64,000 nt of DNA from Klebsormidium nitens (taxonomy: Eukaryota; Plantae; Klebsormidiophyceae): NCBI GenBank assembly GCA_000708835.1, contig DF237044.1, positions 145,762 to 209,761 of the forward strand. The letters run 5' to 3'. A program made the position numbers and the translations under genes. Below the pieces are notes generated by a model that ran no database searches, had not been told where the DNA came from, and worked only from the letters and a program-made list of their open reading frames with translations. Within the stretch, counting starts at the first letter, position 1; each line of letters begins with the position of its first letter. Below are positions 1 through 21,476 of the stretch, piece by piece.

Positions 1-1394
1 TTCACGAATCTCCTATATTGCTGGCAAGGATCCGGAGGCACCAATGACAAGTCGATCACAACGTCTTCAATGCATTAGCTGAATATAGCGTCAGTGGCAG
101 TGGGACTCCGACCGGAGGCCGGTGCCAGATCGGGTCATATGGCTTTTGTGCGAGTGCGCGTGCACGTGCTTTGCATCAATGATAACCCTTGCGGCATGCA
201 TGCTTGATGCCATGGACGGTTGATGTAATTAATCACCGTCTGCTATTCGCGACCATGTGCATTTTATGATTGAAGCTAGATTGCCATCATGTGGTATTTG
301 ATCCCCGAGCGCGTCATACAGCGGCAGCATGATTTACAAAAGGATCGCTGATTGCCTGAGAGTTCGACCGCAGCTGCATACGCCGCTTACTCTCGCTGTG
401 CCGCACCATGAGTGAACTAGACTTTGCTGGCCGCGATTAGAAAGTACCCGACATGATGATCTATGAGCTGTTTAGGTGCCGCAGTGCCATGCATGGTGCC
501 CGGGCAGCATGTGGAAGTGCTGTGAGGTCACGGTGGTACTAACTTAAGCGCCTCAAATCTACTCAACTTACCGGAGCTGCGGCTAGCTAGCTGAGACTAG
601 GCTAGGCTAGGCGCCTTGATTAGATTGAAGCACGTACCTGAATCTATGCAAGGCCGGGCTGGATACCCTTGGCGGCTCCTAATTAAGAGGCCCGTGTGTA
701 CGTGCCCGGCCAATTGCCGCAGGCCGACTTGACGGAACAGCCGGCGGCTGTTCCGGTTCGTTCATCCAGGCACGCGGCAACATATATGCAGCAAAAGCGC
801 ACTGCATGATGTTTGACGAAACAAGTAAATTGAACCCTTTGAAGCTGCGGACCAAAACTGCCATAGGTATGCCGCCTTGTACGCTATTTAGCGCTATTTG
901 ACCCATGCACCGTCTATCGATTGGACGGCGTGAGCGCGTAGATAAAGCTGATCTCAATGTGATGAGTGACGCTTAGCCGGGTGTCCATTCGAAGCCGGAC
1001 CGTCCCCCACACAGGTTCAATGAGTCGGCTTCGCCTGAGCTTCGCTGACCATGCGTTACCAATCCACCTCAACAATTTGCAGCAGTGTTGCTGACAAGCG
1101 GTCTGCCGGTGGAAGCTTGCGCTGCAGCGGTTGAACAAATGTTGACGGTCATCACCAGCTCGTATCATTCATTGACCCGTGATCGAGCCACTACCATTAG
1201 CTCCTCAGAGACGTTCTAGTCATCATGAACGTTCATGAAGTAGTTACTCTGACACGAGGGTAGTTAGAAGACCTGCGTTTTGTCAAGCGTCAATCATCTT
1301 ACGTAACAAAAGGGCAGGGAGGTTTTTATGACTTGGCCCAGTCGGCCGGCAGATGCTAAGGTGCTGGTCGCAAAATCCAACTAGGCCGCCTGGG

Positions 1395-4300
1395 CTACCA
1401 ATCAGGAGTGGTAAATAGCTTGCCAGGGGTCGACGTTGAGTCGCGCGTATAGAGATAGACGGTTGCGTCTGCTTCATCCAGCTCTTCTTGGCTAGTTAAG
1501 CAAGGGCCTCTGAAACCCGCTATGTATGGGGCGATGAAGAGGTAGAAGCCGTTCAACAGAAGCACGGCAAGGCTGAACATAAGCACGTAGTTCAACAATG
1601 TACTCGACCCAAAGAGGTACGGACGGCCAGAGTCAACGAACGTGCGGTTACCCTGCATTTTGAATAGATTGGCAGACTTGGATTAGCAGAAAGCAGTTTA
1701 GGTTATTCAGAGAGACTACTTAAAAAGCACCACGTGAATGACATCATGCTGTTTAAGTGCGGCCTCAGTGCAGCTGAAAAGCTTTGCCCTTATGCAGATT
1801 TCCAGAGACACGAAAGTTGGTCAGAAAACAATCCAAAATCTTGCCCGACGAGCTCAGTGAGCATCAGCTATGAAAATACACTTTCATCGAAGAAATTTTG
1901 AGGGGTGCAGTCCCATCATTTAGGCGCAAAAATAGCATGATTTCCAGGGGTTGTTCGAAGGAATGCGAAGTCAGCAGTGTTTCAGCATCTTGAGACGCAC
2001 CTGTGCATAGCTGGTCCACGAGACGCCCAGAAAGGGGACGTAGGTTGGTTCGAATCTCGTGTACAGCCCGGAATGATCTGGTAATTCTGCAAAGATTCAA
2101 GCTTTCTATTCAGGCTGAAGCCGCGCAGATCGCTGCTTCAATGACTCGGATGATATTGCAACATCATGAGGTGTCTGAAAAAGGGGATACTGCCCGCTAA
2201 GATCCAGGCACGTTGCATTTGGAATAGTGAATATGATTGCAACCCTTTACACGACATGCAAGTAGGTCGTGAGTTGCCTGACTATGCTGAATTGCAACGC
2301 TCAAGTCTGTAGTGCTCATCAGAAGATTTTATGTGGCCTTCCACGTGTGGTCAACCGATAAGACAAACAAGTAAAAGTAGATCCAAGATCAATGTAGAAA
2401 AGGAGCGTACCCCATCGTATACTCCAGTAAGCGGGGTTTTGGTGGGGCTCTGCTTACCTGCTGTAAGAGAGTCTAGAGATTCCCTCCACCCATTGCTCCA
2501 ACCAAATAGATGGAAGCAAAAGTGTATCAGCAGATCCCAAAGAGAAAGCGGTCCTTTCCAAGCTGGGCTTGGTGTATCCCACTTTGAGTCCAGCATGAAG
2601 AGTGTGAAGAGCCCGATAAGGAAACAAGGCACCAACGCGAGAAAGTGCCAGTTGCGTCTTTCTAGGCTCCGAAAAGGCGGCAAACTTGGATATGGCCGAA
2701 AGGCGCGTTGCAATATCTTGTGGCTCCCATCTTCATTCTTCTCGACCGCGAGCATGGATACATCACTCAACCTGGTCTGTCTCAGAAACTCTTTCAAGGG
2801 TGGACGATAGTGCATCTCAACAAGCTGTACCATGTTTACAGCAAAAAGGAGCAGCCAACTTCTAGGCCTCTATCTCTTCCAAAGCTGGATTTGTAATCAA
2901 CCTATGGCGTTCAGCGCTTAAAGCCGGCGCGCTTTATACTTGAAAGATCTGACATTGGCAAGGCACCGCCCTATTAAGTGAGAACGTGAACCCAGAAGTA
3001 CTGTAGGGACCTCAGCTAAGGTTCTCTGTCTGCTTCCCGGCCGCGCGTCTTCGTCTGCGCGGACGCGGCCGGGCGCACGGCACACCCGGTTCATCAACCG
3101 TCTCCGAGGGTTTTACGAGGGTTTCTCCAACCGTTAACTGGGGCGCGGGCGCGGGCGGCCGCGACCTTCCGCTTCCGTGCGTCACTGTCGTTCGTGTCGG
3201 GAGCAGATTCTTACTGTTAGCTTGTAAAAATCCTGAGAGAGGAGCATGACGGGGGCCACGTGCCATGTGGAGAAAGAGGAGGCACGACCAGGTCCAAACT
3301 ATGATCCGAAGTATGTTGTGTTTCTAAGGGGGCCTAACCGCCTTGGAGTTCTCAAGAAGTACGATCAGCGTGCATTCGCTTGGGTCAAGAGGCAAAGAGT
3401 CATTCTCTTGTTTCCCTTCGCATGCTGGGGGTATATTCTGTTTTGGTCATGTTTGGCAGTGAGGCAGAAGAGTGGTGCCCGGTATGCAGCTGGTAAGTTT
3501 GTAATTCTGCTGCATGATCCTACAGAAAGTATGGTACCTGCAAACACGGTTCGTCGTCCTATCGCCTTCGGTTGTGCCGTTGGCTTGGTTTAGGCTTCTT
3601 ATTTAACCTTTGGTTCCAGAATAAGGATCAGGAGGTCGGCAGGTTTCTTGTGAGCTGCCTTTATAATGGATACTACCGCAAGTTTGAGAATCTTATATTG
3701 ACAATTGCAGTCTATGGCGTACTTATTTTAACATTGCAGTAAAGGTCATTCTTCAGAGACTTCGAAGTTGTGAGGGCCATATCAGGAAATGTATTTGCGA
3801 TGGGAAATTAAGAGGGGGACTACAGAGAAGCAAGCACTATATCATACCGCAGAAGAAACGTCACGCACTGCTCGCGTCTGCAATGTTTTGATGAGTTTTT
3901 GGTGGTCAGAATTACTGGGTCTGCAACCCGTTTTGTGCCGTTATTCTTTCTCAAGCTTTAAAACACAAATAGCTCGTTCATCTGCACTTCAATCGTATTT
4001 GAAGATGCCAATCTTGTTCCCATTTAATCCAACTCAAAAATAACAACTTGGCAACTGGTCTGTGGCATGTAAACCCCTAATCTCACCTTCCCTTTGCAGC
4101 ATCACAGACAGCGACCGATGAAGGTCAGGGCGTCTTGGTTCACAATCTGTGGATCCTGAATTGCCTTCGCCTTTCTTCACACGTCTTGGTAAGTAAGACC
4201 TGACTGCAAAATCAATGCCTTCACTGATGGGAAAAGGTGGTGCAGCTCTTATGCCCGCTAAGCGAGCGAGACTTTGATCTTGGTGATATGTAAACTTTGC

Positions 4301-5097
4301 CTTGTCTGCCAGCTGAGCCTTGTTTCCTGAGCGAACAACCAGCATGGAATGAATTTGTCTTAATTTTACCTTCTTATGTTGACCAAATCCACGCAGGTTG
4401 ATTCGCCATCTCAGTTACTCTGGTCTGCGCGAGCGATGACGAGGGAGTTTTGCATCCAAGCCCTGGTAAGTGTTTCTGTATTTCTCCGCGTGGGTAATAA
4501 TACACAGAGTACTAACAGATCTGACGAAGGCTGCTGTAAAGGGGTTCGCTTGTCTATTCGGCGCCAAGAAAGACGATTATACGGTTCTGGAAGCAGCTGC
4601 TTCGGTGAAAGAATCCGTATTCTAAGTGGTATGTCAACCTCAAGGGCGGACCTGCACAGTCAGACGATCATCTGTCGAGCACGTCAAGGATAGGAGATTG
4701 TACTTATTTCACTGAGGTATCTGCTGGCTCCAAAAAGCAGCAACGAATTTCATGCCCGGCAGAGAAATCGTCTGGAGTTGAGGTTTAGGGTATGCTTAAA
4801 CAGTTCTCCATGAGACGACGCCAAGCCTCTTTCAGTGATCCGTTAACAAAAGTTGTTGGCTTTGCAAACGTAGGTATTCTAAGATTGGCTGTGCTCTTCA
4901 ACCTTTGTGATTTGTCTCTCACCAAGGCGCTGGAGTCTCAATAAGTTTGCCCAACACGGCAGGAACATGTTTCGGCCCGTCGCTCATTATAGGGATGCGA
5001 TCGAAGTCGATGCAAAGAGCTGCGTAGCACTCTTTTGGAGGAACACTCGAGTCAATCATAGGGTTAGGAACTTACCTATCGGGTCATCACACGCCAT
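1395..5097 (-). CDS. Putative multi-exon membrane protein of unknown function (partial model)
   Basis: Two phase-compatible exon chains. 5' chain: 5076..5097 (MACDDPI), 4923..5019 (LCIDFDRIPIMSDGPKHVPAVLGKLIETPAP), then an exon starting at 4651. 3' chain: an exon ending at 2458 (part of ORF 2351..2833, with hydrophobic stretch WHFLALVPCFLIGLFTLFML), 2001..2086 (LPDHSGLYTRFEPTYVPFLGVSWTSYAQ) and 1395..1652 (hydrophobic YVLMFSLAVLLLNGFYLFIAPYI, then stop). All joins are GT-AG. Middle exons are unresolved and joining the two chains into one gene is inference. No family recognised. Confidence 0.45.
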
Positions 5098-6696
5098 TCT
5101 AGTAGTAAACTTGCATGTTAAGCAGAAGTTAGAGAGGCTTTGCGAGGTGACAAAGCGGCTAAGGTTGTTTCTATGCTCACTGGCAGCACCGTGACTTGAC
5201 GCACCCAGCACGATGCGCCCGTAAAACCTTCAGAACGGTTTGACGGTTGGGCTCAGAATGCTAACATCGATATGGTAAGTCCATGTTCTCTTAGTCGGCC
5301 TATGCGCAGGAGTTCAGGAGGTACGCGTAAACAATTGACAAATTCTGCTTTTTTAGTCCCAAAAACAACTCCCAAAGCCTAAGGAGAACGTAGAAGCGCT
5401 CTTTGAGAAGGTCTTCAGCTGCATCATTCAATTCAGTTCATGTACCAATGGGCGCACTGGGCCAGCCTGTGCTGCCATTCATAGCTCGTGGGTACCTGCC
5501 GGGCAGGCACCCGGCCCGCGCAACGCCGCTCCGCAACGGCTCGGCCTTAAGATGCCCGGCGCTTAGTGAAGTCGATCAATGATCAGTCGGCTTGGCAGCT
5601 CAAACATGAATGGGACGAAATGCATCAAGCATTGAATGGACCCTGCAAAATGAATGGTTCGGCTGGAGCAAATCAGGGACAGAAATAGAAAGTCGAAGCA
5701 GATGCGGTATGTAAGCCGGCCTGCATCCGTGCGCTGCAAGGTGGCCGCCTCAAGTTGCGCATGCACCCTACGAAAGGGTAATTGCATGCAAACCCTTTCA
5801 AGTTTCAATAAGACAGCCTGTACGTTAATTGCTCGTAATAGAGCGTACCGTATTAGACGTTTGCTGCGGCGTGTTCAAGCCGAACTCAGCTAGTAAGGCT
5901 GCGCTGCACGGCGGCGCCGGCGGTTGCAGCGGGGGCCTTCAGTCTTAAGCCGCCTATATAGGTACGTTCCGGCCGACGGGAATCATTCATTAAATTCGTT
6001 CGATTGATCGAATCGTAATAGTGTATATACCGTGACGCATATCAAAGCATTTGTAATCATTGAACTGTGCAGCTAGCTGCTTCTCCGGCCCACCGTCATG
6101 CAAGCGACTTTCTTGACCAAGTACGGTCGTCCGTCCTTGAGTAGAGCTACTAGTGCGTATTCAGGTCTTTTGGTTGAAGGCTACATGCTTGCAATCGTGC
6201 AAGTTTGATATTGACCGCCGGGCCGGCGCAGCTTACTGATTGGCGCAACATCGTTCACCATCACGGATTGGCAGTACAGGACCGAACATCATAATATCTT
6301 ATAATCAGAACGCGATCACAACGTGGCCTGCATTGGCAACACCATCAGCTCAAGCAGGCTTGAAGGTCAATTCTGCATATTCAAAGTCGAGGACCCTGGA
6401 AAACTTCAAAAACGTTCAAAGCAAGAACGGGGCAAACATATTTTCGCTGTCTACATACCTGTTGCTAACAAGCTCTACGCCAAACCCGGTGACAACAGGG
6501 CTGAAGCGGCCCGCCAACTTCCACAAAACTTATCAGTCTTTGAAGCTGTACAGCTAAGACGCTAAGAAGTCAACGCGCTCTGCTCGTCCAATACTTTATC
6601 TCATATCTTCTCAAATCACGCCAACGACTGAAGTCACAAATCAAAATTAATGATACGCCCTTGACAACTAGACCGAAAAATAAGTCCGTTTCATTC

Positions 6697-15586
<8,890 letters not shown>

Positions 15587-16975
15587 GGTGAAACTTGGCG
15601 GTCTGTCCACAAAGCTGGAAAAGAATAGATGGTTTGATCCTGTTGAAGAGATGCAATACTCACCAAGGACGATAAAAGGATGTAACGAGAAGAGGGGTGC
15701 TGTCAAAAAGAGAACAGGACGTGTAGAAGAGCTGGACATGATCGGGGCAGCTATGAAAAGCTGATGGTTCTCAGGGCTTTACTTTGGGCAATGAACACAA
15801 ATTGTATCAAAGTTTCTGTCTAGAGCAAGAAAAGGGCATTCATTTGTGACCAACTGGTTACGAACAAAATTGTGGAACTGTAGAGGACGCTGCCTATGCA
15901 GAAGACGACACCGTACAACTTTTGGGAGAGAGAAGAAGACTGTAGGCGACAAAGAAGTTGGTCTCATGTTATAAGTGGTGTTGTGGATACTCAACATCAT
16001 ATTTATGGACTCTCTGCCTTCTACTTGAAAGGGTGCCATTTTGCGGCTGTGGAGTACTATCCTCTGACAGTGCAAGCAGAGACACTGCTCCTTGCAAGAC
16101 TCGTTTGAAAGACAACGAAACAGGGAATTCTAGAATGCAGGGCCCATAGACCTCCAACTTTGAGACAACTGATGGGCATTTTAGGTTCAACAGCTTGAGC
16201 TTTTGCGTTTCAGAAGTGCTGCATGCACCCATCCTCAATCAGATTATTGATTCTATCTTGCAGTGTCACGACTTAGATTGCACTGCAGAATCCAATGTGC
16301 GGTTACTCAAGCGTACCTAGCAACAGTGCTCCTGCCATTTGCTTGAAGATGACAATGCTTTAAAGACTTGTAAGACCTGACCCATTGTGACTTCTGGAGC
16401 ATTCAGGATCTCAATCCTTGCTGCCTGTTGATAGTGGTGCGGCCATGTATTGAGAAGCAGCGAGGCTGTTCACGGCCCAAAAAGCACAGCAGGAAAGCCT
16501 GCTTCTTCAACGAAGCCTCACCTGTCGGTTATATCTTGCAGGGCAACTTGGAAGCAGAAGTGCTGCTGATGGTGGTGAGGAAGTAGGAAGTGGTGGCGAT
16601 CAGAGCACCTCCAGAGCCGGATTCGCACCCGATCAAATTGCGGCCTGTATACTTACAAGTTACAAGATCATCTTGAAGATGACCAGCATTGCAGCAAGAT
16701 CCACAATTGCGCGTCTGCTGAGGATAGCCAATTGGGAAGTTGAACTTGAAGAAGTTGAAGCAATATGCTAGAGCCTGCTTTCGGAAGGTTTACACGTCAG
16801 CACGTCGTCACGAACATCACTGTAGAAGCGCACGGCGTCGCGGCCGGGTTGTGCGTCGGTCTCCGACAGGGTTTAAAGGGGGGTTCCACATCTTGCACGG
16901 TGAGCTGGCGCAGCCTTTCAGGCAGGCTTTCAAGTTTCGATCCAACCAGTGACCACCTTCTCGTGAAGTTCTACA

Positions 16976-18976
16976 ATGGCGGCCATTTGCCGAGCACAGA
17001 GGGTTTGCTTGCCCCCCTCCTTGCCTATCCTTTCAGGAGACGGCCTGAAGAAGGACCCTTTTACCCATACAGCAGGTTGCTGCAGTTTCCCCAGCTTTCC
17101 GCCGTGCTTCAGAGGCAGATTTCCTCATTTCCAATCAGGATTAGAAAGCACTGTCCGCCACCGCACGCATTTCACAATTCCCCTTCTACGGGACACCCCA
17201 ACCAGGTTGCACAAAGTCTGCTCCATTCCAGAATCAAATCAACCGCAGGTTTGTGGTTGTAAGTTTGTTGATCATAGTAGGTGCTTATCCTTTAGGAGAG
17301 CATGGCCTAGACGAAGGGACTCTAGACAGCGGCTAAGTATCATTGTGCACGCGCTCCCTCCAATCAGGGACGAAGAAGCAGGGAAAGATCCGCAGAAGTT
17401 TATGGTGGAACTAGAGCGGGCGTGGCACATCTCCAAGGTGAATTGTCCAGAAAACCCTAAGAAATTTTTTGCCCTCTTCCCCTCCGCGTGGTGCTGGCTT
17501 TGTTTGGTGCATCATTCAGCCTGGACATGCAGTACTAGCTTATGAATTGAGCTCCGCCTATGGTTGATTCCGGGAGCACAAAGCCCTGAAGATCCTGGAG
17601 CCGAGAGATTCAAAAAAAAAAGGTTTGGATAATTGAGCAAGCCCTAAAAGTCTTGGAGCTGAGAGGTTCGTTGAGGTCAATTTTTGCATGAGAAACAAGT
17701 TTCAATCCTGTTGCCCTCGGCTGAGGACACTCACACTTATCTGAACGTTGCTTTGGGGAGCCAAGGAACTTGAGCTATCTAGCTCGTGATCGCTGGTTTA
17801 ACCTACTGTCTGTCATCGTAATGCCATCAATGTTCCAAATCGACATTCCTGAGGTTGGTCAATTCAGGCGAGCTGCTCGGATGGCTTAAACGAAGATCGC
17901 ATCCTTTTCCTTCCTTCGCAGCGGCCAAAGCCTGTCCCGTGCTCTACATGCTCAGCAGAGGGGGAGGTGGAGTGTCCGTGGTGCAACGGAACGGGGTTTC
18001 TCGTTCTGGGAGATACCATGGTCTGCGATGTCAACGATCATGATCGCTCATGTAGAGTATGTCAAGGAAAGGTGGGCCACTGTCAAACCTGTCTTTGCCC
18101 CTTAGGCTTTATATCTTTTTTGACCGGGGGTTTCTTTGTTGTTGATACAAGGTCAGTGCAGCTTATCGCCCATTAGTCATTGGTATGTTGCCTTTCTAAG
18201 GGCCTTACAGTTATTGTCGCTTCTGGAAGGGCCATAGTGGTGTCGTCTTCTTGAATGTTTTAACGTGCCCAGACTCATCTGAAGAACACCGCAACATTCT
18301 TCCCTCACTGCTTTGGTCGGGCAGTTTTCATCCATTTCGAGCTCCAGCTCTCCTTTGGGAAAACTTTGCACCAGGAGTTGGCCAACCACTTCTCGAAACC
18401 AAGCTCATTCTGAGGAGGGGAGGAGAGGGTCTGCTTGCTTGTATATCAGCTACTATCCATCAAGCGGCCAGTCGAAATGTATAAGATCACTAGAATGTTG
18501 TTTGAAATGAGGATGATTTGCATCATCCTTTTCACGGCTCTTTACAGTTGCTGAGGATTCAAGCCGTAGTACTTGGCCATTCAGTCTGCTTCTCGCACTT
18601 TGAGTCTGGTGATTCTGACTAATCGAGTCTGAATTGGGTCAGTCAACGTCCCCGCAGGATTCCGTCTCGCATGAGCCTCCATCAATAGACCAGTCCTCTT
18701 TGGGGTGCGGATTGCATTGACAAATGTTCACATCATTTTCACTTCGATTGTGTTTCACATCGATTCGGATTCTTCCGCATTCGTACTCTAGCATGAATAA
18801 CCTGCACAGATTTCCCTTCTGTTCATTGTGTGAGGTTTCTCGCCCTTACTATTTCATGCCACGGTTTGCAGGGATCAATAAAGTGCGATGATTGTAAAGG
18901 GACTGGCAAGCGGGCCGGCTGGTTGGAACGCGTCCCTCCTCACGATTCGGATGACCGCTTCCGCTTTCCTCGATAG
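16976..18976 (+). CDS. DnaJ/Hsp40 cysteine-rich (DnaJ-like zinc finger) protein, probably plastid-targeted, resembling Arabidopsis At2g24860
   Basis: Exons 16976..17437, 17922..18071 and 18872..18976 join at phase 0. They give ...DPQKFMVELERAWHISK-RPKPVPCSTCSAEGEVECPWCNGTGFLVLGDTMVCDVNDHDRSCRVCQGK-GSIKCDDCKGTGKRAGWLE, i.e. four CxxCxxxG repeats. The start and structure of exon 1 are less certain. The family match is from my recall of the sequence. Confidence 0.8.
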
Positions 18977-20031
18977 TATTTTTCCAGCTGCAAGCACATT
19001 CTAGTTGTTGTAGAACAGCGGGTCAGTAGATTCCGGAATTTATCTCCATCAGGAAGCGAGTTCAACAGTTTCCGCGGGTAGGCGTGCCCCGCGTCTGATG
19101 CAACGGTCGAGGTGAAGCGTAACCTTGAAGATGCCGCTTCAGGTGTGCCACCTTCGTTCGTAGACTTGTAGGCACGAGCAAATGGCTTTAGAATAGCCCA
19201 TGTACAGACGAGCAAGTACCTTGATCTTTTTTTTTGCCTGATCCCCAGGCCGCCAGCATATTCATTTCCTGCGCTTTCTGCTGATTTCAAAACGGATAGA
19301 TTGGAAGCAAGAGGTTACTTGTTTCGGCCCGCCCGGCCCATGTGGTTTGCAAAAGAGCCTTGGCTCCAGAAGATTGAACGTCACCTAGCCTGCTCGCTGT
19401 CCAGATCGCAGTAGGCCATCTTCAAGGGATGTGATCACATTCGATTCAATTCGTTGATTTTAATGATGCCAATGGCACCCATGGTCTGCCCCAAGCCATG
19501 GAACTAGCGCAGCTTGCGCTTATCCATGCAGCCTGAGCCTACATCAAATCCTCGTATACCGTGCTGCAGCTCATGATTGAGCTTCCTAAGAAAGTTTTTG
19601 CAGTGTTCACTTGCAAGCTGATCACGCATGTATGTCGGTGTCATGTCAATCCGCAATCCTCAGGCTGGAGGCCATGATTGTTTTCGACAATGACAACGAA
19701 AATTGCTGCGCGATCCAGATGCGGCGCTGGCAGATGATACCGTTAAAGAAGAGTTGCTCGATCTTCAGGACAGCTACAACAGAGTTTTCAGAGCATCATC
19801 CCAACACGCATTCATAACATCTGGTCGTAGTGGTCGGACCCGACAGCTTGTTGGCCATTGCAAAAGGCCGAAACTCGTTGATGACAGGCCATGCTAGTGT
19901 GTTCATGCATCATGTAACACTGCACGCTTGTGTGGCCGTAAAAAGCAGTTCTCTCGTGAATGGATAATCCGCAGTGCAATGAATCCATAGCTAGCTGTTC
20001 GGGACTAAGTCAGCAGTCAGACGTCAATTCT

Positions 20032-20667
20032 TCATTTCGATTTCTTTACAGGATTCCTCTTAGCATATGCGTGCCACTTGTTCCATCTCTCCATGTCCGG
20101 CAGCCCGCATAAGAAACACGGCACAGCCCCCCTCCCGAAGCACATCTTACACCGGGCCCTCCCCACTCTATCTTTGACCCCTGCCCTGCCAGGCAGCGTG
20201 AGGTACTCTCCCTCACCCGCACACCGCCCGCACTGCATCCATCCTGATCGTACCCCGCACAAGCCACACCAACCGTCCTCTTTGTTTCCTAATGGCACTG
20301 GGTCTTTGTCCACATGGTAGCCTGTTGGGGGATAAGGGCCAAGCCTCTGCCACCGTGCTTTGATATTTACCTCAGGCTGCGGTGGAGTGGCTTGTTCTGA
20401 CCCGCTTTTTGAATCATCAGGTCCTTCAGGAGCAGATCCCTTGGTCCCGTGAAGGGCACAAAAGGTGGTAGTTTTCAGATGAGGTGGTGGTCTTGCTAAC
20501 CAGGTCCTATTTATCAGGATCTCTATTCTCCTGAATCTGCTCAATTGAGGAGTATATACATTTGGAGCTATGCTAATTATGCTTGTTCGCACTCTCTTCT
20601 TCAGGTAGACCTCTTGCAGGTCAGAGGGGAGGTGAGCTGCTGGCGACCAGCACTGTGAGCATGACAT
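20032..20667 (-). CDS. DnaJ-like zinc finger protein (four CxxC motifs), 211-aa ORF
   Basis: The C-terminal half contains CGLCG, CGRCAGEG, CKMCFGRG and CFLCG. The N-terminus is Ser/Arg/Pro-rich and may be a transit peptide. The start codon is uncertain. Confidence 0.7.
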   Translation of the reverse strand: MSCSQCWSPAAHLPSDLQEVYLKKRVRTSIISIAPNVYTPQLSRFRRIEILINRTWLARPPPHLKTTTFCALHGTKGSAPEGPDDSKSGSEQATPPQPEVNIKARWQRLGPYPPTGYHVDKDPVPLGNKEDGWCGLCGVRSGWMQCGRCAGEGEYLTLPGRAGVKDRVGRARCKMCFGRGAVPCFLCGLPDMERWNKWHAYAKRNPVKKSK

Positions 20668-20815
20668 TGAGCAGCTCAGGAAGTGCCGCTGTTTTCAAAA
20701 GCTGCCATATTGATGCCCAAGCTTCTCTTTACTACTCTGTTCCAGAAAAGTCCTGCGCTCAATGTTTTCTTCTCAAAGACTCTAAACGTTACTAGTGCAG
20801 CCTCAGAAGCGGGTG

Positions 20816-21028
20816 TCACCAAAGCAGCAGGCAGGTCCCCATGATAAGGCAGCCCGCTCCCACCCAGGGGCTCAGCCGCTCTCCTATCCGAGCTGCCTTC
20901 CAAAAGAACCCCACAAAACCTGTCTTCTGTTTGAGCAACTTCGGGAAGCTGATCTTGATGTAGGTGCAGGTGCAGATGAAGAGCAGGACCACGGTCAGGA
21001 AGGACTGGAAGTCAAACAGGGCGGACAT
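20816..21028 (-). CDS. TMEM167: Protein kish (TMEM167 family), 70 aa, single exon
   Basis: [24 protein letters not shown]...[22 protein letters not shown] is the characteristic kish family sequence. ATG start, TGA stop. Confidence 0.95.
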   Translation of the reverse strand: MSALFDFQSFLTVVLLFICTCTYIKISFPKLLKQKTGFVGFFWKAARIGERLSPWVGAGCLIMGTCLLLW

Positions 21029-21476
21029 GGTGGCGCCCTGCTTGAGCCAACTGCTGCTGAGCTCTGCTGCCTAGCTTTGCATCGAAATCCTCGGCAAAAA
21101 TTCGAAGTCTTGACTAGGCAAGGAATGGGTTTATCAAACCGTTTGAGCTTGCTGGGGTTGACGCTCTATGGCCGGTCAAATGACCGGCAGAGCGCTCAAA
21201 TATTAACATTGGAAATGCGAGGCACACGTTTGCAAGTGCTTCCAGAAAACCGGGACGGCGCGGCAGCTGACGAATCCATGCCGGTTGGGTTCACTTGGAT
21301 GCTGGTCAATGTTCTGGCTCACCACCACTGGCAGTGGCAGTGGCGGAGGGCCTGGGTTCGCAAAGTTTTCGGTTTGGTGGCCATTGTTGGGCTGGCCGCT
21401 GAAGGCTCTTCAGTTTTGGGCGCCATATTATTCGCAACGCAATGCTGCATAGCTGCCGCTGAAGCTGCAACTCAGA

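Noticed and set aside
1-1260. Segments rich in short palindromes (GCATGC, AGCT, TACGTA), with similar composition near 5400-6250, 37500-38150, 41900-42600 and 51200-52400
   Set aside because: I could not align them to each other or find TIRs or TSDs, so the similarity is compositional only. A genome-wide repeat search would be needed.
3246-3593. 115-aa plus-strand ORF with a hydrophobic stretch
   Set aside because: It lies antisense within the span of the putative minus-strand orphan gene, has no family motif, and the only candidate intron would be 33 nt.
6323-6565. 80-codon open frame with plausible composition
   Set aside because: No ATG, no recognisable motif, and no linked exons were found.
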